Below, one piece after another: positions 37,656 through 49,012 of a DNA stretch of 64,000 nucleotides; the first letter of the stretch is position 1; every line of letters starts with the position of its first letter. Made by a program: the position numbers and the translations under genes. Under the pieces are notes generated by a model, which saw only the letters and a list, made by a program, of their open reading frames with translations, did not search any database and was not told the DNA's origin. The stretch comes from Felis catus (Eukaryota): assembly GCF_018350175.1 (NCBI RefSeq), contig NC_058373.1, positions 109,370,001 to 109,434,000 on the forward strand, in the 5' to 3' direction.

Positions 37656-38142
37656 TTTAAAAATGAAGACTAAATTACAAGGAACGCAGGGAAGAATAGG
37701 CCCCATAAAAAGCACAGTAAGGATGCGGAGGATAGAAATAAGAGCATCAAATAAAATGCAAACTAGGAAGGAAAGGACCACATTAAAAGTATATATTTAA
37801 AAAATAAATAAGACTTCAGGGAGTTTTGCTAAGTAAATTCTTCTTCATAGATACTTTAACAAATATTCAATATTGATACTTCACAACTGAACACTTTCAC
37901 AGCCACAGAAGGTATCTCTTTGGTTTTGATTGTCACTGGGAAAGATTGAGGGAATTTTTTAAACCTTAACATAGACCTTTCTAGACTAACAGAATCACCA
38001 GCTCTAGTTTTATAAATCTCTTGTCTTCGTATGTCAACAGTTAAAATTTGTGGAACAAAAGCATTTTCCTAAAAACACAGATTTCCTAAAAATCAGTGAC
38101 TACTCATGGGGAAAAAGTTCCTACTTTCCAATAACCTAACAT

Positions 38143-38270
38143 GAGATAGTTGATTGATAGATTGGTGGATGATGATGATAGATAGATGATGATGATAGAG
38201 AGATAGATAGAGAGATAGATAGAGATGATAGACAGACAGATAGAGATGATAGACAGATAGATAATAGATT
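38143..38270. repeat. Degenerate (GATA)n/(GAT)n simple repeat
   Basis: Interrupted GATA, GACA and GAT runs. Confidence 0.9.
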
Positions 38271-38679
38271 CCCCCACACACACCTTGATTAAACTTCTTC
38301 CTCTCCTTAATACCCCCTCTCCACTTCCATCAACATCTGTCGTGGCTCCCTCCATTATTTCTAGTAGCCACCCACTTTTCAACCTGGAATCTTCTAGCTT
38401 CTACCCCTATCATTCTTCTAAAATTGCTTCTACCAGGGTCATTCATGACCCTCTATTACTAAAGCCTGTGAAGACTGGTAACTTCTTCAGTAGAACATTC
38501 TGCTGCCCTTGACATTGTCCACTGGTCCTTGTCTGTGAAACTTTTCCCTTGCCTTGCAGGGCACCGCTCTCTCTGAGTCTTCCCTTTCTCTCTGCTGATG
38601 ATTTCCAAATGTACATCTACTGCCCTCTCATGTCTGACTTCTAGTCAATTCCATTATTTTGACTTTTTATTGAATGGCA

Positions 38680-38925
38680 AAGGAGTGTGGCGGTTAAACG
38701 TATGGACTTGAGCCAGAATGCCTGGGCTGTGTGGTCTTGGGGAAGTCACCTAAGGTCTCTCTTTGCTATAGTTTTATCTATAATACTGGGGGTCGGGGAG
38801 AAATCATAATGTCTACTTCATAGGATTATTGTTCAGATTATATGTAAAGCTTGTTTTTTATATGTAATATATGTAAAGTTTTTAGAATAGTACCTGAAAT
38901 ATAATAAACACAATGTGTTTGCTAT
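38680..38925 (+). mobile_element. MIR remnant
   Basis: 'ggctgtgtggtcttggggaagtcacctaa', 'tctacttcataggattattgttcagatta'. Confidence 0.65.
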
Positions 38926-39285
38926 TCTTATTTTATTATTAGGCATCATTTTCTAGAATTTCGTATAAGCATTTCAAGCTTGTTTCAAGCTTAAATCTGT
39001 TCCTGAGATATTCATTTCTCTCCATCTCTAGTGCAACATCCTATCTGATTTCAACTATCTGGATGATTAGTCCATACTTAGCACTGTAACTTTATTTCTG
39101 GTCATTTCTCCTCTACCTTTCCACCCCACTCTTTCAGTCTACAACAGAAACTAAAATCCATTTTTTACTCCTTGACCATATCATGTTTTCTCCTACTTCA
39201 GAGCCCTTGTGGCCTACTCTTCCTGGAACACTGTCCCTCTTTCATCCCTTTCTACCTAGAACATCCAAAACCTATTGCTATATAG

Positions 39286-39414
39286 GACCAGCATATATGG
39301 TTGCATGGGTTGTGCACTGAAAAACTCCAGGGAAATGCATTCACACCTGAGTCGATGTGACCAGCATCCCCTGGAGTAGTGTAGTATTTACACAGTCACC
39401 TATGGTGGCCCTGA
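39286..39414. mobile_element. MER91-like palindromic MITE (hAT-Tip100)
   Basis: 'gttgtgcactgaaaaactccaggg...attcacac...gatgtga...ccctggagtagtgtagt...ggccctg'. Confidence 0.6.
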
Positions 39415-40381
39415 CCTGCCAATCTTATCCAGATAATTCTTGCTCTTTAAGTATCTGCTTAAAGGTGACTTCCTTCAGGAAGCTCTTCTGTACTTCCTCA
39501 TTTGGTCAAAATCAGTGCCCATCTTTGGTTCTCCTTTGGTACCCCATGCTGTTGATCACAGCCCTTTTCACACAAAATATTGCAACCATTTGTAGTCTTA
39601 TATTAGCTCTCACTAGACTGTTAGTGGTTCAATATATCCAAACCAAAGTCACTTACGTCTCCTCACCCCAATCCTCTCATCCAGTCTTTCACTTTCTATC
39701 ACCCCAAACTTCCCTTCTATATTCTCTTCTATATTCTCTATTTAGATGGAACCATCCATTCACCCAATCCTTCCACCTACCCTCTGACAATATTCCCATT
39801 TTCCAATAAGAATTAATTAGTACCCATAGTACTTTTATATAGATTTCCATGATGGCACCTATCATCCTGAGTTACATTGTAATTATCACTTCATGTGCTA
39901 ATCTTTCCATAGATCATGAACTTAATAAAGGTACAGGATAATCTCCCATCACCAATACCTGACATAGTGCTTGCATCTGTTCTGTATTAATATTTCTGAA
40001 TATGCAAAAAATAAATAAAATGAGTTTATGTAAACTACAAATCCAAATAAGCCATTTATTAGGACCCTGTTAAATTCAGTCATATGTATATTTTTTTCAT
40101 TTAAAATATTGGTTTTCATTCAGAAAAATACTGAAATGGCATTTTTCTATAATCAAATGAGCATATTTTCCTCATGTAAGTAAAAATAATTTTAGTATGC
40201 ACTCACATATGTCACTACTTGCAAAATCTATTTCGGTGCTGACAATTTAACTGGCATAAAAGAAATATTGGCAATTATGGTGATAAAAGGATGTTGCTTC
40301 AAAGAACACTGTAAATAGTAAAACCATCCAAAAATAAAATCAGAATTCCAAAATCTGTTATTTTAAGTAAATTCCCATCAC

Positions 40382-40440
40382 TTTTTTTTTTATTTGAGGG
40401 AAAGAGAGAGAGCAGGCAAGCATGAGTGGGGGTGGGGGGA

Positions 40441-40475
<35 letters not shown>

Positions 40476-40586
40476 CCTAAGCAGGCTCCAGTCTCAGCTC
40501 AGAGCTTGATCCCACGACCCTGGGACCTTGACCTGAGCTGAATTCAAGAGTCTGACGCTTAACCAACTGAGCCACCCAAGTGCCCC
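40382..40586 (-). mobile_element. Can-SINE with (GA)n
   Basis: Reverse-complement head 'cttaaccaactgagccacccaagtgcccc'. Confidence 0.93.
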
Positions 40587-41210
40587 ATCGTTTTTCTGAT
40601 ACCAAAATATTCTTATTGCTCATGGATGTAAAATCATAAATATTTCCTTTTAATAATGAAGTTACTCCTCCTCCTCCTCCTCCCCCCCCCCAGAAAAAAG
40701 AAGTAACCATTGTGTTTGGGTGTGGATTCTGACACTTACTGATTTGGGGATCTTGGACAAGTCAGCTAATCTCACGTTTTCCTTATGTGTAAACGAAAGA
40801 GGAAGTAATAATAATATCTCACAAAATTAAGTTAAATCAATATTAAATGTGAGTTGGTGTCCAAAAGTGATTTCTAAACTGTCAGCCCCTAGGTCACCAT
40901 TATTACTACTGGTAATATGACTCCTACCAGCAAAATTGCTTTTTAAGGAATGGCTCAGTCCCAGTATGAATTTGCTTCTCACATCCCTGTGTCTCTTTAT
41001 TATTAGAACCAACACTGGAAGATAAATGTTTCATGACAGCATCATCTTGAAAGTAACAAAGAAAATCTAGCATGTATAAATAAAGCATACATGCACATTA
41101 GTATTTGAGCGTATATTGTATTTGCATTGGATTTTAATGATTTTTTAAAAACAAAGCCAAAGAAAACCAATGCTCAAAGTTTCACCTCTAGCCACCAAAT
41201 AGTATAGAAC

Positions 41211-41752
41211 AAGGGGCAGCAAACTTTTTCTGTAAAATACCAGATAGTAAATATTTTAGGCTTTAAGAGACATACAGTCTTTGTCACAACTGTTCAACGC
41301 AGATGTCGTGCAAAAGCAGCTATAAACAATATGCAAATGAATGAGTATGGCTGTTTTCTGATAAAACTTTATTTATGCACACTAAATCTTAAATTTTATA
41401 TAACTTTTATGTTATGAAGTATTTTTTTCCCTTCACTTTTTTAAAAAAAATATTTAATAATGTGGGTGCCTAGGTGGCTCAGTCAGTTAAGCGTCCAGCT
41501 CTTGGTTTCAGCTCAGGTCATGATCTCACGGCTTCATGGGTTCGAGCCCCACGTCAGGCTCTGTGCTGGCAGCATGAAGCCTGCTTGGGATTCTCTTTCT
41601 CTCTCCTGCTCTCTCTGTCCCTCCCCCACTTGTACTGTCTCTTTTCTCTCAAAATAAATAAACTTAAAAAAAATCTAATAATGTAAAAACGCTTAGTTCA
41701 CAGACACCAAAAACAGGTGGCAGGCTGGATTTGGCCAGTGTGCCCATCCCTG
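41211..41752. mobile_element. MER58B-like hAT-Charlie element interrupted by a SINE
   Basis: 'gcaaactttttctgtaaaataccagatagtaaatattttaggcttt' and 'aaacaggtggcaggctggatttggcc...ccctg'. Confidence 0.8.
41464..41668 (+). mobile_element. Can-SINE
   Basis: Full structure; TSD-like 'taataatgt'. Confidence 0.95.
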
Positions 41753-42914
41753 GTATAAAAGAAAACATTCCGTGTCAGACATTTTTCTGGTAAAAGAGCA
41801 ATGCAAGTTAATTCCTTTTGGTGTTGTGATTTAGCCGAGTCTTGTAGTTTTATAAATTAGAATACTTTTGAGTTTATATTATATGTAAAATTCTCGATTG
41901 CTCCTGGGAACACTGAGGAAATTTGGAGGTAGCTATTCCAAGGGAAGTCATTGCATTGATCTAAGGTCCACAGTACTTGTGCATATTCTATATACCATAC
42001 CATCTGCCTATAGGTGACATGTCATGTAACCTGGAAAGACATGCATTTTCTAAATGTGCAACTACAAAATCCTTGCATCCTAGACTTATATTCTATTGCC
42101 CAGGCAAGGTAATAAGAGTGTGGTTTGGAGAGCTACTCAGACCGAGTGTAAACCCCAGCTTTCCCACTTCATAACTGTGTGATTTGAAGGGAGTTTGTCA
42201 GATCCTTTAAACTTAATCCCTCATCTGTAAAACAAGAAAAATGACAAGAATATTGGCAGGGTTCATGGCAAGTGAAAGGAGATCACATATCTAAGGCATG
42301 TAGGGAAACACACGGTTCCTTTCCCTTGTCCTATTCGCAATTTCAAAAAATGTTTCAAAATCCATCTGCTACTCTAAATTAAAGCGAATTCTCACATTTT
42401 ATTTCTCCTTTTGTCTGAGTCAGTAAGATTATTTGAGAAGCCACTAATGTTTCCAAAATTCTTACCATGTATTAGTATAAATTATCACATTTTTATCTAC
42501 ATTTAAAAATGCCTTTTATCAGTGAAGCTGCATACTCATTTTATGGAAACAAAAAGCAAAGAGATTCAAAAGAACATCCAAGCATTAACCTCCAGTGAAC
42601 AAAGTGTCAAAAGTTTCAGAAATCACACATAGTTCCCTTGTGAAACATTAATGTCCTTCAGATTTATCAAAAAATACAAGTCTACTTTGTTTTCTTTTTA
42701 GATGTACAGGTCTTTAATTGCAAATCTTTCCATTCTACTCAACATCAAACCAAAAATCTCCTGAGAATTCTCATCACAAAACTGGAAAAGGCTGAGAAAA
42801 AAAAAAAATCTCTTGACATTGAAGGGACAATGACATATGGATATCAGAGCCAATCAAGTATAATTGCTCAGGTATTCTCCCACTTGCCCATCAGATCGTT
42901 GTATGGGCAGACAG

Positions 42915-43078
42915 AAGGTTTGGGAGTCAGAGCGCCTATGTTCAAATCCCAGCTGTTCAACTAACAGGCTGACTAACCCCGGCTAAATTGACTAACCTCT
43001 ATGTGTCAGTTTCCTCATCTATACAATGGGGCTAAGGATAGCATTATCTCACAGGAAGACCTATTGTGAGGATTAAAT
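42915..43078 (+). mobile_element. MIR remnant
   Basis: 'ggagtcagagcgcctatgttcaaatcccagct', 'tcagtttcctcatctatacaatgggg', 'ttgtgaggattaaatg'. Confidence 0.8.
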
Positions 43079-43560
43079 GTGTGTGTTTCAATTTGAGTTC
43101 TCCCAAAAGTGGAGCCTAAGACAAGACCCAGGTTCAGAGAGCTTGTTTAAGAGGTGCTCCCCAGGGAGCAGGGAGAGTAGGGCAAGAAAAGGAGGAATGT
43201 CAAGCCAACTAAGAATATATTGTTGGACTGGTTCCCATTCTGGGCAACCTGGGCTCAATCCTACAAGGGGTCTTTGGAGGAATCCTGCAAGATTCCTTTA
43301 GAGGAATCTAACAGAATGGCCCTCAAAATTGTGCTTCTGAAAGATAGGAAGCTGAGACATTTCTCCACTAACTCCCACTCCTCACTTGCTAAGGAGCTTT
43401 ATCTTCCCGTCACATCCTGGCTGTCTTATTCACTGGCTCAACAGGCTTCCCCAGTCTCAGAGGAAGCCCTGAGGCAGGAAAGTTAGAGCAAGTCCTTAAG
43501 GTGGGGTGATGGCAACCGGCACAGAACTTTTCACCATAGCCACGCTAACATCAAGGTAAT
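43079..43560 (-). mobile_element. Degraded ERVL LTR (LTR33/LTR16-like)
   Basis: 'ttgagttctcccaaaagtggagcctaagacaagac...tgtttaagaggtgctccccaggg'. Confidence 0.45.
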
Positions 43561-43563
43561 ATA

Positions 43564-43806
43564 GGGGTGCCTGGGTGGCTCAGTCGATTAAGCGTCTGAT
43601 TTCAGCTCAGGTTATGATCTCACCGTTCTGTAAGTTTGAGCCCTGTGTCGGGCTCTGTGCTGACAGCTCAGAGCCTGGAGTCTGCTTCAGATTCTGTGTC
43701 TCCCTCTCTCTCTGCCCCTCCCCACTCATGCTCTGTCTCTCTCTGTGTGTCTCAAGAATAAACATTTAAAAAATTAAAATATATATATATATATATAAAT
43801 AAAATA
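43564..43806 (+). mobile_element. Can-SINE with (TA)n in its tail
   Basis: Full structure; TSD-like 'aag.t.atatagg'. Confidence 0.95.
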
Positions 43807-44029
43807 AAGCTGATATAGGCAATATGTTGTGGGTTCAGAATTTATCTGGTACAATATATGAAACACTAAACAGGGTATAGAAATTCTTCACTGCTTAATA
43901 AGTCATAGTTCTTTTTATTAACATTAATTTTCTTAATCAGAATCAAGTCGGTGCTTGATGTCAGGAAGACAACACCATTCACCCTCTGGATCCTGACTAC
44001 TGAAATAACAATGTTATATATCCAGATGG

Positions 44030-44510
44030 AAAATGTAGGCAAGAGTGCAAGTAGCAGAAGGGCACAAAATAATGAGGTCAGTTAGGACTTCCCAGGGTTT
44101 CCAGGTGCCTGCAGGACTTGGTGGTGGAAATATCTAACAGATAGACAGGAACTTTGGTCCGGAGCTCAGGAGAGAAGGGGGGGAGCTGAAGATGGAGACT
44201 GGAGACCACAAGCATCTGCATCAGAGTTCACAATGGTGAGTGACCACGGAGGCAGATAAGTGGGATGGAGAAAAGAGAGCTAAAAATAGAACCTCGGCCA
44301 CAGTAGTATTTAAGAGACCACAAAAGGAGGGTAATGCTGGAGAGCAAACAAAAAAAAAAAATAATCCTGCCAGGGAAGTAGGAGGCAAGCAGGAGAGGAT
44401 GCTGTCATGGAAACCAGAGCAGAGAGGAAGACCAAAGTTTCCAGGAGGGAGCACTCAACAGTGTCAAATTCTGCAGAGACCAACATGAAAACGACTGAAA
44501 CATGCTCCTT
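44030..44510 (+). mobile_element. L2 LINE remnant
   Basis: 'gtggaaatatctaacagatag', 'ggagctcaggagagaag', 'gctgtcatggaaacc', 'caacagtgtcaaattctgcagaga'. Confidence 0.7.
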
Positions 44511-45070
44511 AGGTGCATATTTTAAAAGATGTATTTATTTTTAATGGAATATGATTTTAGGTGGGAGAAGTAGAGACAAGAACAATTTAAGAATTGAGGC
44601 ACAGAGGGATCTATCAATTTCAATCAAATACAAAAGACTTTTACTGAGTACCTATCTACGCCCAGAGCATAACTGAGACAGAGTATCCAAAAGTCACATA
44701 ACATTAACAATCAAAGAGTCTTTAAATCTCATCTTTTTCTGTCCTTGGAAAGTGGGCTTTATAATGTGAACATTGCATATTATAAAATTGGCCTCAAGCT
44801 TTAACTCCACTTGTGTGCATTATTTGATCAGCAAGTTTTCCCAACTGCTCTTTCTCCACTGGAATGCAAAGCACGTCATCTGAACAATGGGAGCCAACCT
44901 GACGCAAGCGAACCTAATCATTAATACGCCCACTGGCTTTTCCAAACATATGCTTAAATATCTTCTTCGTTCTAGGATTTGATAGCCTTGTTTTCTTGCA
45001 AAACAAGAAACCTCACTTATTTCATTGCCACAATAACCAATTGTCTTTTAGTTTTGTGGTCCGGAGGCAC

Positions 45071-45089
45071 TGGCCACTAGGTGGAGAAA
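45071..45089 (+). promoter_or_regulatory. Candidate CTCF binding site
   Basis: TGGCCACTAGGTGGAGAAA is close to the core consensus CCASYAGRKGGCR. Confidence 0.4.
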
Positions 45090-45497
45090 GATACCCAGTG
45101 ACCCCCCTAGACAAAGGCACGAACTGAGTTTTTAGTTCCTAAGATTCATTTAGTGACTTCTCGAGACAGTAGGTTGGATTCTGTTGTGAACAAAAGCAAT
45201 CTCTATGAATGGTGATGCCAAGTATTCCACGCATTTAGAGGTCATTACTCTTTCCCCTGGAATCTATGCATTCACTTTCCAAGAATGAGTTCCCTGCCCT
45301 TCTGATCAAGATAATCCTCAGAATGTGAATTAACAAGTCATTGTTCTGATTCTCAGCCTTTAACTTTCCACACAGCTCTGGGTAACACAGCTCTTGCTCT
45401 ATCTGTGAAATAGAAGGGATTAAGCCCCTCCGTCTCTTCCTCCAGTCTCAGATACTACTCTTGCTTTCAAAAACAACAGAAAGGACAATAATCATAC

Positions 45498-45635
45498 CCT
45501 CCAGAAATACTTGTATTTTTCCTCGGGGCCTTGGAGGGACAGAAGATCTTCAGAATCCAAAGGAATAACTCTTAAGAGTGAAATTTGAGAACCATGACTG
45601 TCACACCCAAAACCCACCCTAAGATCTGTCTTGAT
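45498..45635 (-). CDS. Weak candidate exon (138 nt, phase 0 to 0): IKTDLRVGFGCDSHGSQISLLRVIPLDSEDLLSLQGPEEKYKYFWR
   Basis: Donor 'AGG|gtatga'; weak acceptor 'ttaattgcag'; open frame is phase-compatible with the 47.7 kb and 16.0 kb candidates. Confidence 0.2.
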
Positions 45636-46419
45636 CTGCAATTAAATTTCCCATTGTCTTTGAATAATTTATGTGAATAGTACTTTATAAAGAAATCTGT
45701 TTCTCCAGTCAAAAGATATTTTTATTCGACTAAGTAAATGAACTCTGTTAAATGCCTTTTGCTATATCTTTTATCTCTTAAACTTTTAAAATCACAGCAT
45801 AATTTTTGTTCTTTTTCTTTATAATGTTTTCTTCTGAATACACATCTTTCCTATTTGTAAATGCTTTAATCACTTTCACAAAAGACCTGATAGAGATTTT
45901 TTTAACTTTCTCTTCACATAAAGTTATACATTTTCTCATCCCTCATCTAAACAGCTAGGCATGTCCAAATATGTGAGTTATTTACTGGAAAATATTTTCC
46001 TACTTTCCAACTGATCATTGTTGGCAGAGAGAAAAAATAAGAAGTCATAGTTGCTTCATAGATATGATTTTCTTTTTGCCCAAGAATATTTGAGCATCTG
46101 CTACTTTAAACCTTATATTATAAAATTTTTAAATGTAAAGGAGTAGATCCTGGGAGTTCCAACCACAAGGAAAAAATGTTTGTTTGTTTTTTCTCTCTGT
46201 ATGAGGTGAGGTGATGGATATTAAGTAAACTTATTGTGGTATGTAAGTTTAAAAAATTAAAGGATAAAAGTGGAATAGTGTAGACAGACAAAAGATACTT
46301 ATAGAGGGAGATAATAAAGTAAAAGGAAATCCAATGAGAAAATGTATGAGGTAAGAACTGAATGAAAAAATATCTGATGGGGTCCTGGAGTTGTATCTGA
46401 AGAACACGTTGTTGGGGAT

Positions 46420-47258
46420 TTTTTTTTTATGTTTGTTTTTTGTTTTTCAAATTTTTATTTAAATTCTAGTTAGCTAACATACAGTGTAATATTGTTTTCA
46501 GGAGTAGAATTTAGTGATTCTTCACTTACATACAACACCCAGTGCTCAACATGACAAGTGCCCTCCTTAATACCCATCCCCCATTTAGCCCATCCCCCAC
46601 CCACCTCCCTCCACCAATCCTCAGTTTGTTCTCTATAGTTAAGGGTCTCTTATGGTTTGTTTCTCCTCTCTTTTTCCCCCTTCCCATATGTTCATCTGTT
46701 TGGTTTCTTAATTCCACATATGAGTGAAATCATATGGTATTTGTCTTTCTCTGGTTGACTTATTTCACTTAGGATAATATACTCTAGCTCCATCCACAGC
46801 ATTGCAAATGACAAGATTTCATTCTTTCTGATATTCTATTGTATATATACCACATCTTCTTTATCCATTCATCAGTTGATAGGCACTTGGATTCTTTCCA
46901 TAGTTTGGCTGTTGTTGATAGTGATGCTATAAGCATCGGGGTGCAGGTACCCTTTCGAATCTGTATTTTTGTAAACTTTGGGTAAATTCCTAGTAGTGCA
47001 ATTACTGTATTATAGGGTAGTTCTATTTTTAACTTTTTGAGGAACCTCCATACTGTTCTCCAGAGTGGCTGCTCCAGTTTGCATTCCCACCAACAGTACA
47101 AGAGGGTTCCCCTTTCTCCGCATCCTTGCCAACAGTTGTTGTCTCTTGTGTTGTTAATTTTAGACATTCTGACATGTGTGAGGTGGTATCTCATTATGGT
47201 TTTGATTTGTATTTCCCTGATGATGAGTGATGTTGAGCATCTTTTCATGTGTCATCTG
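46420..47258 (-). mobile_element. 5'-truncated carnivore L1 (ORF2 C-terminus plus 3'UTR)
   Basis: ORF 46784-47248 is the L1 ORF2 C-terminus ([17 protein letters not shown]...WIKKMWYIY); T-rich tail at about 46420. Confidence 0.95.
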
Positions 47259-47682
47259 GTGGTTTTTACCCTAGAATTGTCCCTTTCGGTTGTGATGCCT
47301 TATTCCTTTCATCTTCAGATTCACTGTTTTTCCTGATGTTAAATCTTGTAAAGATACCAATAGATCTAAAAATAACCATTAACTTTGATTATTTGAAGGA
47401 GAAATCAGTATAATTAACTTAGCAATTAACTACTAACATCGCCTTGTATAATTAACTTGGTCTGAAAATTACGAGGTCAAATCTTTGATTCTTTCAGCCT
47501 TTAAGAAAGTGAGCCCCATGCACATGTGCAAACTCCATGGACACACAGTATCACAGAAACTTAGAGCCTAGACCCTTGGAAGATGGAATCCCAGCCCTGT
47601 CATTTGAATGACAGGGCACCAGAGCCTGGAGAAGAGAAACACCTTCCTCCACGTCTCCTGATACTGGTAGATGGATTCAAAC

Positions 47683-47737
47683 CTTAAGACGATTCTGCTC
47701 ATCCCTGGTCCAGTGGTTGGCCCACATTATGATTTTC
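47683..47737 (-). CDS. Candidate exon (55 nt): KIIMWANHWTRDEQNRLK in its only open frame
   Basis: Strong acceptor 'cttgtctttatttcag', donor 'AAG|gtttga'; protein not recognised. Confidence 0.45.
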
Positions 47738-48219
47738 CTGAAATAAAGACAAGTTGAGCCTAAACCACACATGTATTTGTTGAATTGATAGAGAACAGCA
47801 GATGCTCTGATTTCTACCAGCAGAAACAAACAGAACAGTGGTCTGTATAGCTCAGATTTCTCTTTCATTGGGGCTTATCACATAAGAGATTAGGAGGGCC
47901 ATTAGCCTGAGCCCCAAATTTAGACTTTTCACCTTATCCTCCAGTAAGGTTAAACATTCAGGTATAGAAAGACCCAAACAAATGCAAACTGGTGCAGCCG
48001 CTCTGGAAAATAGTGTGGAGGTTCCTCAAAGAATTAAAAATAGAACTACCCTATGACCCAGCAATAGCACTACTAGGAATTTATCCAAAGGGTACAGGAG
48101 TGCTGATTCATAAGGGCACATGTACCCCAATGTTTACAGCAGTGCTTTCAACAATAGCCAAGTCAGGGAAAGAGCTGAAATGTCCATCAACTGATGAATG
48201 GATAAAGAAGATGTGGTTT

Positions 48220-48444
48220 GGGGCGCCTGGGTGGCGCAGTCGGTTGAGCGTCCGACTTCACCTCAGGTCACGATCTCGCGGTCCGTGAGTTCGAGCCCCG
48301 CGTCGGGCTCTGGGCTGATGGCTCAGAGCCTGGAGCCTGTTTCCGATTCTGTGTCTCCCTCTCTCTCTGCCCCTCCCCTGTTCATGCTCTGTCTCTCTCT
48401 GTCCCAAAAATAAATAAACGTTGAAAAAAAAATTAAAAAAAAAA
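48220..48444 (+). mobile_element. Young SINEC_Fc-type SINE nested in L1
   Basis: TSD 'aagatgtggttt'; CpG-rich. Confidence 0.97.
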
Positions 48445-48946
48445 AAAGATGTGGTTTGTATATACAATGGAATACTACTTGGCAATGAGAAAGAATGAAA
48501 TCATGCCATTTGCAAAAATGTGGATGAAACTGGAGGGTATTATGCTAAGTGAAATAAGTCAGGCAGAGAAAGACAGATATCATATGTTTTTGCTCCTATG
48601 TGGAACTTGAGAAGCTTAACAGAAGTCCATGGGGGAAAAGAAGGGGAAAAAATAGTTTCAGAGAAGGAAGCAAACTTATAAAAGACTCTTAAATACAGAG
48701 AACAAACTGACGATTGATGAGTGGGTGATTGGGGAGAGGGAAGATGGGTGATGGGCATTGAGGAGGGCACTTGTTGGGATGAGCGCTGGGTGTTGTATGC
48801 AAGCGATGAATCATAGGAACCTACCCACAAAACCATGAGCACACTGTATGCACTGTATGTTAGCCAACTTGACAATAAATTATATATTAAAAAATAATAA
48901 TAATAAAATAAAATAGTGAAAAAATAAGAAGAAGGAAAAGAGAAGG

Positions 48947-49012
48947 AAGAAAAGAAAAGAAAAGAAAAGAAAAGAAAAGAAAAGAAAAGAAAAGAAAAGA
49001 AAAGAAAAGAAA
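48947..49012. repeat. (GAAAA)n microsatellite
   Basis: Pure pentanucleotide run. Confidence 0.95.

Larger units (their letters stand above)
47981..49012 (+). mobile_element. 5'-truncated felid L1 interrupted by a SINE; tail decayed into (TAA)n and (GAAAA)n
   Basis: ORF 47992 matches the L1 ORF2 C-terminus ([32 protein letters not shown]); TSD 'agaaaga(c/t)ccaaaca' at 47966-47980 and 49013-49027. Confidence 0.95.

Noticed and set aside
42465..42791. Splice-like signals on the minus strand (FCDENSQEIFG..., KNVIIYTNT)
   Set aside because: The strong acceptor and the strong donor belong to different segments and do not define one open exon.
46784..47248. 154-aa ORF as a host gene
   Set aside because: It is the C-terminus of L1 ORF2 in a truncated retrotransposon.
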